64,000 bases of DNA from Nemertoderma westbladi (Eukaryota > Animalia > Xenacoelomorpha): NCBI GenBank assembly GCA_032718475.1, contig JAUCBJ010007613.1, positions 1 through 64,000 on the forward strand. Direction: 5' to 3'. The position numbers were made by a program, and so were the translations under genes. The notes beneath the pieces are model-generated. The model had not been told where the DNA came from, ran no database searches, and saw nothing but the letters and a program-made list of their open reading frames with translations. Of this stretch, positions 11,252-25,920 are shown piece by piece; positions within the stretch are counted from its first letter, which is position 1; each line of letters begins with the position of its first letter.

Positions 11252-14200
11252 CTATCTGCACCGCACTTTCACCGATCGGACTCTTCCGTCCTCGTCAGGG
11301 TAAGTGTCTACTACTCTTGCTAGCCTCCACTGATTGTTGATGATTGTGTCGTCCGTGACGATCACTAAATCACCTTTCTTTAACTCTCTAGTGGTATTTC
11401 TCCACTTACTCCTCCTGTGTAATGTGGGTAGGTATTCCTCGACCCACCTCCTCCAGTACTCTGCGCTTATCGCCTTAACAACTTTCCAACTCTGTCGGGA
11501 GTGTATGTCATCTGGCTCTACACCCCGCATGTCAATGGTCGCCGGCCTTTCCATGAGAACGTGGCTGGGTGTTAGCACATCTAGTGATTCTGGGTCGTCA
11601 TTTTCTGGATATAGCGGTCTCCTATTAATGATACCCTTGCACTTAGCTAGCACCGTCCTTAGTATATCCTCTGTCACCACGTGGGTGTTCATCAACTTCG
11701 GCATCAGACAAGTCTCTTGACGCATCCTAAAGTATGCGGTGCATACGGCGTCCTCCTTTCCCACTTCACCTGTCGTCTCCTCATGGCTGCTCTGACTTCT
11801 TCACCTTCTAGGATGTCCAAGGGTTTTGGTGGGATGATAAGGCTGTTGTTGTTCAGCACTCTGGAATTCATCACCAGAATCCCGTCATCATTGAGTTGTG
11901 GTGACAGCGTGATGAGCTCGCTGTCCCGACGAAGGTGTTGTTGTTTGCTGACCCGATCCACTTTGTCGCCGTAGTTCTTTCTCTGTTCGTACCGTATCAC
12001 GGCCTTAGCCGCTCCCTCCAAATCGATGTTTGGTTTCCTCTTGGCGTCCTTGCTAACTCCCTTAAGGAAATCCCCGAAGGTCCTCCAGTACGCTACCAAC
12101 TTCTTGGTCTTGTACCAGCTGGAGCTGTAGCTGAGTAGCCTATCCATTGGGTTTTCGCATGGCTCTTCTAATTTCGGTTGCACCTCCCTGACTTCCCTCA
12201 CCATCTGACTATATATCTCTTCTCCTTCTGAATCTTCTCCCTCTTCCCCTGGTGCTACTTCCTCTGAGACCGGGTCCACCTTCTTCATTGGTGGCCAGGC
12301 CGATCTATCATTCAGGAAGTGTGGCCCGTGTTGCCACAACACTTCCTTCTTTAAGAAAGTGTGGCGTGCCACGCCCCTCGATAACAAGTCTGCTGGGTTC
12401 TCGTCCATTGAGCAGTAGCGCCACCTTTCCAAGCCTGTCGTCACCCTTATTTTTTCCACCCTATTTGCGACGAATATAGGGTATCTCATCTTCTCATTGT
12501 GCAGCCATCCAAGCACTACCATGGAGTCCGTCCAGTAGTGTGTCTCCACTATGTTGGGTATAGTGTCCGTCAAGTAGGCTGTGGCTCTTACTCCTAATCT
12601 CGCAGCTGTCAACTCGAGTTTCGGGACCAATGCTGAATCTGGCGGCGTCGACTTTGCTTTGCTGAATGCAAGTCTGGGCTTATGAGCCCCCTTTCGCTGT
12701 ACTAGGTAGAGTGCCGCTCTGTATGCTTCCAATGATGCATCGGAGAACATGTGTAAGTCAAGATGAGTCATGTCCCCATCCGGGAAATACACGCATGGCA
12801 TGCTGTACGTCCCCATCTGTTCTAAACTCCCCGTCCACTTACTCCACTGCTTGCTGATTTCTTCTGGGACCTCTGTATCCCACTCGTCCTTTAACTTATA
12901 TACTTTCTTAAGTATCTGTTTTCCCGTGACTAACAGTGGGGATGCTAGGCCTAAGGGATTGTATATCCTTGCTATGTACGATACATAGCCCCTCTTTGTG
13001 TGGATCTCCGCGCCCTCCTGGCTCAGTTGGTACTTGAACTCGTCTGTTTCTTGGTTCCACACGATCCACAGCGCCTTCTGCTGAGACTCTACTCTCTTGC
13101 CCGCCATGTCCTGTCCCTTGGCTGTTGTGGGGTTGTCCATAGTCGACTCTGGCCGCCTGTCCTCGATGGCTTTCATAAACTCCTCCGAGCTGGATTGAAA
13201 CTTGGTCAGGTTAAATCCGGATCCTTTCAGGATGTTGCGAACCTCGCGCCCCGTGTCCAGTAATTCTTTAACCGTGTTTCCAGACTCCATCCCGTCATCT
13301 ACATAGAAGCCGCGTTGAATCATATCGATCGCTTTGGTGCTATACTTCCCCTCTTTTCCCTCTACTGTATCTCTTACAGCCACAGTCGTCGTAAATGAGG
13401 ACGACTTGGCCCCCATGTTATCCACCACCATCATGTACATTGGTATTGTCGACGGTTCCTCGTTGCCATTGTACCATAGGAAGCGCTGGCTGTTGCTGTC
13501 CTCCTCCATCATACGGACTTGGTTGAACATGCCTTCGATGTCGCAGGTGAAGGCGTGTCTACAATTTCTTAATCTCAGTAGGACCACAATTCCCGAGTTC
13601 TAGATATTGGGGCCCTCCAGCAGATAGTCGTTTAGGCACTTGCCGTTGGTTTTAGCCGATGCGTCAACTACCATCCGCAATTTACCTTTCTTTGGATCTA
13701 AAGCCACATGAATTTGCAGGTAGTAGGTCCTGTCTGTGTTCGGTTTGTTGACCGGCAACTCCACGGCCCATCCTTTCTCGACGTACTTCCTTATCGTCTT
13801 ATGGATGTACTCATTCTTCTCGGGGCTCCGTTTCAGCGTTTGCTTTAGTTTACGAAGCCTCGTGAGTACCATCCCCTTGTTCTCTGGTAGCGGTAATTTT
13901 GGTTGTTTCCACACCATGCCTATGGTGTACCTCCCCTCGTCACATCTCATCGACTCCTTCACTCTTCCTTGTTTATCCTCTACCGAGGTTCCGACCCCGG
14001 TCTCCTTTAGTCCCTCAAAGTACTGTCTCAGCAGTCTCCTAAGCTGCTCCTCCGCTCCTTCATCTTACATCTCCCTCATAGTTCCCGCGAACATGCACCC
14101 TGATGTTTCCGACATCCTAAACGGAATCTTGGTTTTAATTGGGCCGCTTAACGTCCACCCGAATGGTGTTAGAATTGCCATCGGGTCACGCTGTCTGTAT

Positions 14201-15236
14201 TCACCGAAGACCGTTTGCATTCTCTCGTGGGCCGTCGGGCAATCCATTATCCGGTATCGAGAAATCGATGTTGTCCAGCAATCTGTATTGTTCGACCTCG
14301 ATGTTGGTTGGTCGCCTGGCGTTGATGTTGATCGATTCTATTACCTGGATGGGGTCGATGGTCACACCATAATCGCGTCCTGGTGCTATCGCTGCTATCT
14401 CGCACCGTCCCATCCTCATCTCCATGACCTCATCTTTGCTGGAGATGGTTGTTACCGCCATCCTAATTGGCCTCGTCTTTAGTCCTACCTCTTCGGCCAC
14501 CCAATCCTCCACCAATGTGAAGGCTGCCCCACTGTCGACCAGCATCAACGTGGTTACTGATCGACCGCCTTCTCCTATCACCCTTACTGGTACTACCCCG
14601 AGTAGTACCGTTCCTCTTTTCTTTGCTCCTACGGTGCTTGTCGCCATTGTCTGCCATTTGCCTTGACCGAACTTAATTGGTGTTTCTTTGCATTGATCAG
14701 CTTTGTGCCCGCCCGCCACACATCAATGACAGATTCCACTCTTCCTTGCGTATTCTACCTGATCTTGTTTGGGCAACGCTTGCCAATACCTTCATGGTCT
14801 GATGAAGTGCATTCGAATGCAATTGGCATTTGTTGTTTGGATTATAGCCGTCCCTATACAGTGCGCTGCGTATCGCACTCACGTTCGTACCTAGTTCCCT
14901 ACTGTTCTTATTGTTTGGGTTTGGCCTACTGGGCGTGTTGGGTTTATATTTGTTTGTGTTGTTATTTTGCCCCTGTCCACTCCATGGTGTGGCCCTACCC
15001 CCGGCTACATGTGGACTACAGTCCCCTGCATCGCCGCGTATGGCAGCGATTGTCTAAGCTTTGGTAATGCATTCGCTGTGTTGTGTTCTGGTTTCGGCCT
15101 GTTATACTCGGTCTTTGGCCCCCTCCCCAGACTATCCTCACTAAAAAACTGGGTCCGTGATCAACTCTGCTTCGTAGTTGAGGAAGTTCGACATTTCCTC
15201 AAGGCCCGGTTCCGCACCCTTCTTCTCCCAGGTGGT
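11252..15236 (-). pseudogene. Disrupted gag-pol of element A (most of the integrase core deleted)
   Basis: Fragments 14201-14719 (protease), 13600-13962 and 11704-13587 (RT FTCDIEGMF, FYVDD; RNase H FSDAS, WTDS, NPADLLSRG), 11252-11764 (INNRPL, YWRRWVEEYLPTL, GRVRSVKV). Confidence 0.92.
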
Positions 15237-15239
15237 TCT

Positions 15240-17323
15240 CCCTTGGTCAGGTCAGGTATTCTAGGTCATTGATCAAGAAAACTTGCCACTTCCATGCAGC
15301 ATAAAGGAGGTGCCACCTGTAGCTGCATAGACCCTCTTACTTGGGCAAATCTGTTCCTGTAACTAGGACCCCCATCGTTCTGGGATAAGGACGCCGTTGG
15401 TCCTGGATTAAGGACCCATATACTTGCCTGCAGGGGTATATGGCCTGGCCAGGCAGATGGTGATCTACCAATGGCTGGTCAGGAATAGAGTGTTCTCATG
15501 TCCACTCTGAGTACACTTCACTGCAACCTGCACCTGGCAGCAGGGGTACAGGGCATGACCCAGCAGATGAGCTGCACAGCCAATGGTGGGTCATGTGCGC
15601 CAGAGTAGATATGGGTGATGGGTGACGGCAAACCAGGGTGTGGTATTTGCCCCGAGAGCTGACTGGGCAAAAAAGCACCCCCCAACCCCCCACTATGGAT
15701 TACATTAGTAATGCGGAGGTCCGGCCACTAGAGGCCAGTGGATTTACCGGACACAATCGGCCTCACAGGCGTCAGTTATCTCCTGACCGGCTGCCTGTTT
15801 CACCCCCTACTGGAGAGACAGAAGCCAACAATTCTTTGAGTCCATTTCCTGATGACCTTTCTGGCCCAAACCCTGGGTCACCAGGGAGGCCAGATTGTGA
15901 GGGGGAGAGGGATTCTGGAGTTGGAGGCTACTCTCATGTTCCACCCCGACCAACAAAGCCATTGGCGAATCTGAGGCAAGTCACTAGACTAGCCTCAGTA
16001 AACACCCTAACACTCGGGTCCCCAATGCGACAAGGTGAGCTGACTGCCTTGGCAGATAAGCTTTCTCTTAGCGCAGTGGGTGTTCAAGAGCACCGAATAC
16101 AGACTGGACAGACTGATGAGGTTCTGATTAAGGACATGGGGGGAGGTTGGCGGCTCGCCCTTGCGTCAGCAGATGATAGTTGCAATGGTGGTATTGGTCT
16201 ATTGATGAATCCAACTGCACATGCAGCATTGGACAAAATAGACCAAATCTCTAACCGCATCATCCGTTGCTACTTCTCATGTTCTGGAAGACTGTCTAAG
16301 AAGTTTCCTAAGGTGGTTCTGATTGTGTGCTATTCTCCAACTAGTGTTGCCCCTGTAGAGGAGGTGGAAAATTTCTACCACACGAGTGGATCAGCATGCA
16401 TTCTTAACATTCCTGGGAGACTTTAATGCAAGTCTGCATCAATCACCTACATCGCCCTGGGTCTATAGCAATAGTGTCAACCGAAATTACGTTCATCTTC
16501 AGGATTTTATCTCTGGAAATGGATTGTTTACGGCTGGAACCCAGTTCAAGAAGCGAACTGGAAAGCTATGGACTCATAGTGGACCCAGTGGTCACAAGTC
16601 CCAGATAGACCATATTCTGTTTCGTAGGAAGTACAGGAGCTCTATACAAGACTGTAAAGCATTTACACTTCGACCCTTCTCCAGTGATCACCGCCTTATT
16701 GTGGCCAAGGTAAGACTTAGTCTGCGTGCTAGCAGAACAACGAAATCTGCTTTGCCGCGGCATGACTGGTCCTCTCTGTTGCAACGTGTGAGATCCAGCT
16801 TCACACTACAGCTGAGCAACAGGTATGAGGTTCTTGCCTCTGAGGCGGCAGATCACTGTGAGGGCTATACTGCCTTCACAGAAGCAGTTAAGTTAGCAGC
16901 TGCAGAAACAGTTCCTGTATACCCTCGAAATAGGAAAAAGGCCCCCTGGAGTGACAACAAAATCCAGAAGTGCCGAAATGACCTATATAAGGCGCAGAAA
17001 GAGTCCCGACTCAAACAGACTACAGCCGTCAAGAATGCAGTTAAGGCTGCATCTATGTCCCTGAACAGGCAGTACTCTGTTAATCTACAGGAGCTAATAA
17101 ACCAACAGGTTGATGCCATCAATGATGCCGACGACAGCAGGCAATCATCCCAGGCATGGAAATTGATCAACTTGCTTACTGGGCGGAAAAGCCAACCAAC
17201 CACCAAGGTTAAGGCTGAATCACCAGCCGATCGCCTCAATGGTTGGAAGGCCCACTTTGAAAAGCTCCTCAATAATGACAGGGTATTGCCTGATAACTTT
17301 ATAGAAGTAAAAGTGTCTGAGTC
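15240..17323 (+). mobile_element. RTE-like non-LTR retrotransposon, 5' half (5' UTR + APE endonuclease + linker; frameshift near 16400)
   Basis: APE motifs SVNTLTL, VGVQEHR, GGIGLL, CYSPT, LGDFNA, QIDHIL, SDHRL; single-ORF layout. Left boundary approximate. Confidence 0.88.
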
Positions 17324-19313
17324 TGTTAATCAGGGGCGATCAGGAGCGATTATACCGCACTGCTGCTAAACACAAAACTCCTTCTCACCGCTGGATGGCG
17401 CTAACCTGGCCGTCCGCTAATATATTTTACTAATTTTATACGGCTCCTGCAAATCGCTTGTTCCTTTCTCTGTTGATCGCTCAACAGAGAGCTAACTGTT
17501 CGAATCTATGAGCCACGCGGGAATAACCAAAATAATAAACCCGAATCGGCTCCCTTAGCTACTTAAAACGAGTGCGGGTGGCCTAGCACTCGGAGTTCAC
17601 TTATCGCAAAATACTGGAATTCACTGGCAGAATCGTTGAATGTGAGAATGTTTTAATAATCTACGGGGACAGATCTATTACTTTCCTAGGTGCCGAAACT
17701 TGGCTTTTGGCTGGTTTTAGACCAGCAAACTTACTACTGCTGTACTGTATACTGGACACTGCTGTCAGCCTGTTGCCCCGCTATTTTCAAATAACCGCCC
17801 AGCATGAATAGTCTACAGTACTCCAAATAATTACTTTAACTACTCTCCTCTATGCTGCGTACAAATTCTTAATTTTACACTAATTAATTACAGTCATAAA
17901 TACGAAACAGCGTACTAATTACTAAGTGTTCCAGAATACGCAATTCTAATTTATTACGTACCGGGATACACTAGCTAGCAACAGCCTAAATACTGTATTA
18001 TTTTGACCTAATCAGCAATTATTTATCGTAAACTAAGAAATAGAAATCAATCAAGGGAAAGGCGCCTATCTAAGCATTCACATTTAAGAATCAGGCACTC
18101 TATAGCAACACAACACAAATAGCGTAGCACTAAGTTAGTAGTACGGCAGATAGCTCTAACTACACCAATCAGCTAGTGCACTAAATACCCGTACGTTAGT
18201 ACATCAGTATACCTGCCAATTTTAGTTGTCCTCTTGTTTATAAATCGACTTTAGCCTTTATCAATTACCTAGTGTACTGAAGTTACATCAGCCGAAGCCA
18301 GTCCATGCGCGGCGTATGACCCACGGTGTGGGAGACTGGATTCGGGTTCCTTGAGAGTTATTGCAGTGTAGACCTACTGTATTATTCGATTGATCGTTAC
18401 TATATAATCTCTGACAACTATACTTACTTTCGGGAAAATATTAACAGTTCCTTTACGACGTGGCGCTTTAAGTATAAAAACAGAGTTATGACTTATACTA
18501 ATCACAACTAGATGGCCACAGAGTTTCATAAACAGCGCATTCATTAGGAGATGCTTTATTAACCTTCACACTACTTCACACGACCTCACACTACTTCACA
18601 CTACTTTACACTAGTTCGCACTAATCTGCCGACCATCACTGAATTTGATCATATATAAGGAGGATTGCAACTGACACACGTAGGGATTATGAAATAGCAT
18701 TTAATTCACACAAAACCACTTTAATTTAAGTCGCAGTTGCTACCGGTGAACTCTATTCCTCTTACCTCAGTAATCAAGAAGATTGAGGGGTTTATGATTA
18801 TTTATCGGTATTCTCCAAATATAACAGCAATATCCATTAATATAACAACAATTAATAAAAGACCGTAAACAGAAGTAAAATAATGCGGTGAACAGTCAGT
18901 ATGTGTTACTTATGCAGTTATGAAATATGCAACATAATGCATTGTAGAGTTGAGTTAATAGATTTACGTTCTTATAATCAAGGCCATTTGATGTTCCTAG
19001 GCCAAAGTCTAAAACTTCCACACAGAAGCACAGAAAATTCTGAGTTGGTTCTGATGCTCAGAAAATAGTAAACAAAGACCGTAATGCATTGCGCGAGTTT
19101 CCATAGGTTTCTGTTAGACATAAAGTGAAAATTGCTCTGATTGGCTGAATAAGACAGAACAAAGAACCTCCATGTCCACAAAGAATCAGCTGACAGATTT
19201 CGTCATCTTGGTTCTAATTCCTTCCCGTCGCGTAGTTGGATGAATTTAGGGCTATTTTAGAGTATTCTGCGCATTGCGTAAAATGACTTGTTATGTCCGC
19301 AAAAGCTTTTACA
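17324..19313 (-). repeat. 3' LTR of element C (~2.0 kb)
   Basis: Begins TGT where LINE homology stops; ends aaaagcttttACA like the B LTR; ~18380-19313 is alignable with B LTR 22365-23372. Confidence 0.7.
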
Positions 19314-20267
19314 ACAGGCCACCCAAAGCCACACATAGGACTCCTAACTAAACCCAAATTCTGCCCCCCTAAAACTACAAAGTAGAGACTGAAATCGCAG
19401 AGATCGTAGAGACTGTCGCCCCGCTTTGGATCCTCTGCACTCCCTTCCGTCGCTTCCTCCCTGTGCGCCCGCCGCGCCTACCGGTACCTCAGCCCTCCAT
19501 CTAATGAGTAGCTACCGTAGCGGCGCACACAATTTCAAACAGTCTGACAGTCTAAGAAAATCCCGTGGGTTTACTGCGTCGAAAGGAATCACATAGAACC
19601 ATTAACTAAAAGGTAGAAATCATAGTTCCAATTGTAATTTATAGTAATCATTGGGGTTGATCAAGAAACACAAGCAGAAATAGTCAAATTAGCGAATCAT
19701 CGTAAGAAATAATCGAAAAGAGGTAGAAATGCAGAATTATAAAGAATTACGCACAAATGTAGCTGTCTCAAATGTCTGAACTGGAAATTACATTGCACAT
19801 ACCGGAAACACGGCCAATTTATAGGTGGTTCATGAGGGATGATGCAATCGCTTCTCATTGGCTCCCCAATCCGAGCTATCATTAGACCAACCTGGAAGCA
19901 GTTAGGCCAATAAGAAAGCCGGATCGTGAACCTATTGCTCCCAAAACCCACAAATCGTCACCATATAAGGTAATTTTGCCGGTGCTTAATTTAGCGGTAT
20001 TATTAACATGATGCACAAAAGTTAATTTAGCGCGATTATAAAGAAAATTAAAACCAATGTAGGCTAGCCCTATTGAGGCTAATAACAGCAAGCTTAAATC
20101 CAGGGTCCAACAGAAAACTTGCTACCCTGGAACTATCTACTTATATCTTATTACAAAATTACATAGGTAGGGCTACATACTATACAAAATGGATTAATTC
20201 AAATATATGGGCGTTTTGTTTTCCTTATCTAAATGTCATCGCGCGTTATTATGTCTTATCTAAATAA

Positions 20268-20365
20268 TTATACTGCATAATGGCTAATATATTATACTGT
20301 ACAACGGCTAATGTATTATACTGTACAACGACTAATATATTATACTGTATAACACGGACTAATGT
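20268..20365. repeat. 24-bp tandem repeat, ~4 copies
   Basis: gctaatatattatactgtacaacg units. Confidence 0.85.
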
Positions 20366-21211
20366 AAGTACAGCGCCATATACCGTAACACCGCTCCAAG
20401 GGAAATCAAGCAATGTTTCCCTCCAATTGTGGAAGAGTATAAGGCGATGTATACAAAACAAAATAATTCGCTTTCAAATAATCTAAATAACTTGATACTA
20501 TAATAATTCTACTATTTACAAATATTGCCATAGATATATTGCATAATGAATTGCATACAAATCAAATTTACAAAAATATTATCTCTCTCAATGTTAACGA
20601 TTATTACATACAAATTAAATTTACAAAATATATTACTTTCATTTATTTACAAATTGACGGTCTACCTATTGAAATGGAACATGGCTAGGACAATGTCCCC
20701 CATTTCCCATCTCAAATTAACGATCAACATTAACAAAATAAACTAAATATAAACGTATTTGAGGCTAAATTTTTAACTAAATTGCATTAAAGGCCGATAA
20801 TCAAATTAAATATAAAATACGTAATAATTTCTTTCATTTTCGGACTTTACTTAATTTCTTATAAAAACGCAAATCATCTTGGTTTGATGATTGCTCAGGT
20901 AAGTGAAAGGAGTAAGCCAAACCCGCGGGTTTGTCTCCCCAATCACTTCCTTTGCCTCTTTCAATAAACTTTAGAGCAAATAAAGTCATATACACAAAAT
21001 CAAATATAGTATAAAGTATTTATTATTTCCAACGGACTATAAAGTAAAAGTATTTCCTTTCAATATTTTTCGGCCTTCGAAAATAAAATTCTAAAATAAA
21101 GGATACGACTAGTGTATGAGTCCAGTCGAATCATTGATCAAAACCTATGATATACATCAGAGCAACGATGATGTATATGTCTAGAGTTTGTTGGTCTGTG
21201 ATATTATAGTC

Positions 21212-22149
21212 TCATCGGCTAGCTCCTGGGTCTCTCGGGCTCGCTCCTCTCCTTTGTCCCTTCCCCAGATACACCAGTCTACCCCCTGTAGACTCTGTTG
21301 ACGGCGTTCTTGAGGCATCACTTCCCGGAACCGGCGACAACGTTCCCTGGGCACCGACTATCTCCCAACTGGTGCTCCTCCCTCGGCCTCGTCCCATTTC
21401 CCGTGTCCCTGTGGGCGCCTCCGCCAACTCCTCCTTCTGCAACTGTATAGAATGGAACTACTCGTCCTTTGCTTGAAACTTGCCAAGGACTCCTCCTTCT
21501 GGTACTTGCTGCGAGCTGTGAGCTCCGGCTGTTGTCGCTGTGGGCGCGGCGGTCCGCTGCTCCTCCACTCGTTCAGAGGTCAATGACCCCAAACGAGTCT
21601 CCTTAGGCCGCCAATAAATTGTGCGCTGGGTAATAAATCTAGACGTATATATCAGAGCGACGATGATATATAAAGGATTGGACATATTCGGGCTTAATAA
21701 TGCGTGCATCGAAACTTACCGAAATAGTTTGGAGTAAAATATCGTATAAATCGCGGATCGTGGGTATAGTTAGTAGACGGATGGATGGCGCGAACCTCGT
21801 CTGGATACTCAGGCGTGAGCTTCCTCTCCTGGTGAAGCGAAGTGAACGTGGTCCAGGGACTTGAGAGCTCCAAACCCGCGGGTTTGGTACTCGAGTCCCG
21901 TGCCGCTTTGCGCCGCGCCTCTAGGTCGTTATAGGCTCGGTAAAGCGAAATGGCCGCCGCCGTTTCTATCAAGGCGGGTGTCGAACAGGGTTTAATCTCC
22001 GTATACGGGTCCAAAGTCGTAACGGTCGGCGTAATAGGTCTCGGAGGTCTCTTTCCGGTAAAGTCGATACTGATCATCGGGTTGCTCATCGGGTAACCTC
22101 CTTTGTTGTATCTAAGAAACTGGTGAGCTTGACATCGTGTTAATATCGG
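21212..22149 (-). pseudogene. 3' part of the orphan extra ORF of element C
   Basis: In frame with 38505-37996 after excision of B (..QHPEP-ILTRCQAHQFLRYNKGGYP-MSNPMISIDF..); frame change or intron near 21715, in-frame stop at 21458-21460. Confidence 0.65.
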
Positions 22150-23372
22150 TGTTCGCGCTTTCAGACCTTTGGCAGTTTAACCCGCCAAATTAAGATGTCT
22201 TCTAGATATTAAATCGCTTTTTAGCCTATGACAAGTATTTGATTCACTACACTAGTCGAAACCAATCTGTGCGCGACCATTCACCCGCTGGATATTCCCG
22301 GGAGATTGGGTTCGACGGTTTAATTTTATTGCTATGTAAGCCTAATGTATTATTCGACTGACAGTATTATATAATCTCTGACAATATTATTCACCTTCGG
22401 TAATATTAACAGTTCCTTTAGGACGTGGCGCTTTATCTATATAAACAGAGTTATGACTTAAACTACTCACAACGATATGGCTTAATTATAATTCACATAT
22501 ATGGCGCATTCTTTAGGAATTGCTTCTTTAACAGACTCACTCATACACAATGCTGCACAATACTGCACACTAATCTGCCAATCTTCACTGATTTTAGTCA
22601 CATATAAAAGGAACACAGACTGACTCATGTAGGGTCTATCAAATAACATTAGATTCAATTCAAACCACTTTAACATAAGTCACAATCGTTATTGGTAACC
22701 TTTCTCTCTTACCTTCGGTATATCAAGAATATTGGGTTTCGGGGTTATTTCTCGTTATTCCAATATAATAATTCATCAACCAATATAATGAATAACCGAC
22801 AACAAATAGCAGTATACAGTATCGATTGAGCAAGTAAATTTTAGCAGTTTCAGCAGTTATTAAAAGCCGTATGTCAGCAGGTATTATGCAGCAGTGATTA
22901 CTGCAGTGCCGCAGTTAAAGGATATATGTCCTTATAATTAAACCTACTAGTGTTGAGCTAAAAAGCAGAAAGCACAAAACACTAAAAAGCCGTTCTTTCG
23001 TGGCTTTGAAAAACTCGTGACTACTGCTCTGTACGAGGATACCAACTCCCTTATTCCACGAAGCTCCCGTTCAACACAGAGAAAGAGCAGTGAGATAGGA
23101 AAATTTCAGTTCAGTAGCTCTGTGATAGGTCAAAATCAAGGCTAACTCAAATTCTATTGGGAGATACAAAAACAAGGCTATGACGCAACCTCCCTAGGCT
23201 TGTTGGCCGATTAAACAGAGCCCAGATGCCTGCGTACAGCAAATCAGCCAATAAGCTGGTAACTTGCACTATTTTTAGCTATAGATCACTTTGAGAGTAT
23301 TCTTAGCGACTGGGGGGGGGGGGAACTGGCCAACAAGGCAAACGAATCAGTTATCCCACAAAAGCTTTTACA
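22150..23372 (-). repeat. 3' LTR of element B
   Basis: Direct repeat of 36773-37990. Confidence 0.97.
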
Positions 23373-25599
23373 CCGCTCCCAGAAAATGGGATTTAAGTCT
23401 ATAAAATATACAAAAGCACAGTTTCTAAAATATAAAAATACTCTAAACAGTTAGTCTTTCTTGCGCGGACGGCGTTTACGCAGTTTCTTGAGGCTAGCAA
23501 GAGTCCTTTTCTCTTTGGGGCGAGCCACTTTACGAGGAGGGCTGTAGCTCCTAGGCGAAGGGTGCAATATAATTGCATCAGAAGGTGCAGGGTTATGGTC
23601 GGGGTATCCGCCGTTTCGATATGCTTCTCCTCGAGCTGATTTTCCTCCGCTCGTAGCTGGATACGTTCATCCAAAACTCTCGCAGAGAATAGGGTTTTCT
23701 AAGCTTGATATCTTCTTAGAGATTCGAGATTTCCCAATCGAACTGAGATAAGGACAATTCGTTTATCGATTGGACTTACTGTTATAACTTACGTTTATCT
23801 GAACAAACGCAGGTTTCTTTTTTGTTCTTTATAGAATAGCGTTTAACTCGTTTCGTACAACGCTCTCCTTCACCTTGATGAAGGGTTGTATCGCGTTAAA
23901 CGGGACGACCATACGGTTGGATAGTGATATTAGGTGTCTACGTCATAATCCGGCTAGGTAAGATGGGCGGCTAACTAGAAATCACTGTCGGAGTGTTACC
24001 GATTAATTGTTAGGGTAGCACTAGATCTTGAACAGTGAATACCGTCCGCGAGGATCCGCGACACCACCAGGATCGCAGGTCTGAGGTCCAACTAAGGAAT
24101 GAGGAGGTTTGACCGAGTATTCCGGGACTCTGATCGTAGGTTTACTCTAGGATCGTTAGAGCCGAGTGAGCATAGGTGATACGTCAAACAAGTTTCGCTA
24201 GAAACTCCAGTAAATATAACGAACACAACTGTGTTTATCACAACGTTTCCGTGGATGTTTATGTCTTTCCGTTTATTGGCTGGATCTAGGGCATTTACCG
24301 CAATAATACCAAAGACGCACGTTTGGTAGGGGAAACGCGGATGATATTTATTTGTTGTTACAATGCTTCTATCAAGAATTCCAAATATATGTTGGAGTTA
24401 CCGCGTTTAGTTGTTTCTTCAATGTCTTTTCTTTCGAGCCGATTTCGCATAGAATTTTCGCATTCGAATTTCAGTTTATGGTTCCGACTCCGCTGGGCAG
24501 GATATATAGTAGACATAGTCCGTATTGTGTAAATCGATAGGATGATCAGTAGTTAAGAAGTCCATATACGTACCATTACGCTGCGTATATCGAGCAGCGA
24601 ATTTTCTATAGTCCAACTCGCGCGAGCTGCTCTTGGGACATTGGCGGTTCGATATAACGACCATCGTCCTCCGCAGCAGTTGGACTAACGTCGCCGCGTA
24701 TTAAGCTATCAACAAACGCTTGCAAAAGTAGAGTATATCGCTCCCCGATACCAAGACCATCTTCTATCAACTCCGTCATATCTGCTATATATGAGTTTAT
24801 CCATATTATAATGAGTTTATATTTAGGCTAGCGAGCGTCGCTGCCTACTCCAATTAACCCCCGGACAGTACGAGATCCTCAGCGCCGATGTGTCGTCGCC
24901 GCTGTACTTTCGCCAAAGACGTAGCCGCACAACGACAACGACAACCGGCACAAGTCACTCGACTGTCCGTCCCAAAGGCTTAGATGTACTTCAGGTTTTC
25001 CTTGGAGAGTTAGGTTACTTTTACGATTGCGACTAGCTACTGTAAACACACCTTAGCAGTAACATTCACCTATAAACTCACAAATACCACACAACTGGTC
25101 ACAACTAAGCACATTCGGGCCATTTGTCCGTTAGTCAATGCCTTCCAGAATGTCACTGTATTATTATGTATCCTTGGATACTAGCAGTGCGCTATTTATT
25201 CCCTATGCTATTCAATGGGACAAGCTTTCTATTGTTTTTTTAACTCAATTCTAATTCTAGCGTGGTTGTTGCTATGGTGACATTATGCAAAGCTAGCGGT
25301 AGAATTAGGGTGATTCCAATGCATACAGATCTGGGATGTTATTTAATAGTATTCTTTAATAGTCAATGTTCTGTTTTATACATGACTTTATGAATTTTAT
25401 CGGCCATTGACCATGTTTGGGAGACCCTCGCACACTCATATGCATAATAAGATAAATCTCCGCTCCCTTGATCTATTAATTAATGGAATTTTGGGAACTT
25501 TATAAATTGCGTAAAAATGGCAATTTATTAAATTCATTAAAAGACATGAATTTAAATTTATTCCCTGAAATTTTATTATTTGATAATTAAATTGACATA

Positions 25600-25920
25600 T
25601 TTTGATTCTAGAACATGTCTAGGGACACAAGATCCTTAATTCTATGACAATTGTCTTTTTTTTTTTAAGAATATCGGTAAATGCTACGATATCTTAATTG
25701 ACTAGAATTGTTGAAGGATCTGAATTTTACAGATTTTGACTTATTTGATTTGTAAATATTAACTAATTAATATTTGAGATGGGCACCGATTTATTCCAGA
25801 ACTTGTCTGGGGACGTTAACCACTGATTCTATAATTTGTCTTTCAAGTATATCGGTGGGTGCCACGATATCTTAATCGACTAGAATTACAGATGGTCAAA
25901 GGGTTTAACAGATTTATTTT
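25600..25920. repeat. Diverged ~187-bp tandem duplication in the 3' region of B
   Basis: attctagaacatgtctagggac..cgatatcttaattgactagaatt versus attccagaacttgtctggggac..cgatatcttaatcgactagaatt. Confidence 0.75.

Larger units (their letters stand above)
6149..15236 (-). mobile_element. BEL/Pao LTR retrotransposon A (3' part, degenerate; cut in gag by a LINE)
   Basis: 3' LTR, PPT, extra ORF, repeat spacer, DUF5641-like tail, RNase H, RT (FYVDD), protease (LVDSGA), gag knuckle region; homologous to elements D and E. Confidence 0.92.

Noticed and set aside
7541-15272. Many plus-strand ORFs over element A (likewise opposite-strand ORFs over B, C, D and E)
   Set aside because: Antisense shadows of retroelement coding sequence with no recognisable motifs.
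22425-22676. Short ORFs duplicated at 37048-37299
   Set aside because: Chance ORFs inside the two copies of the B LTR.
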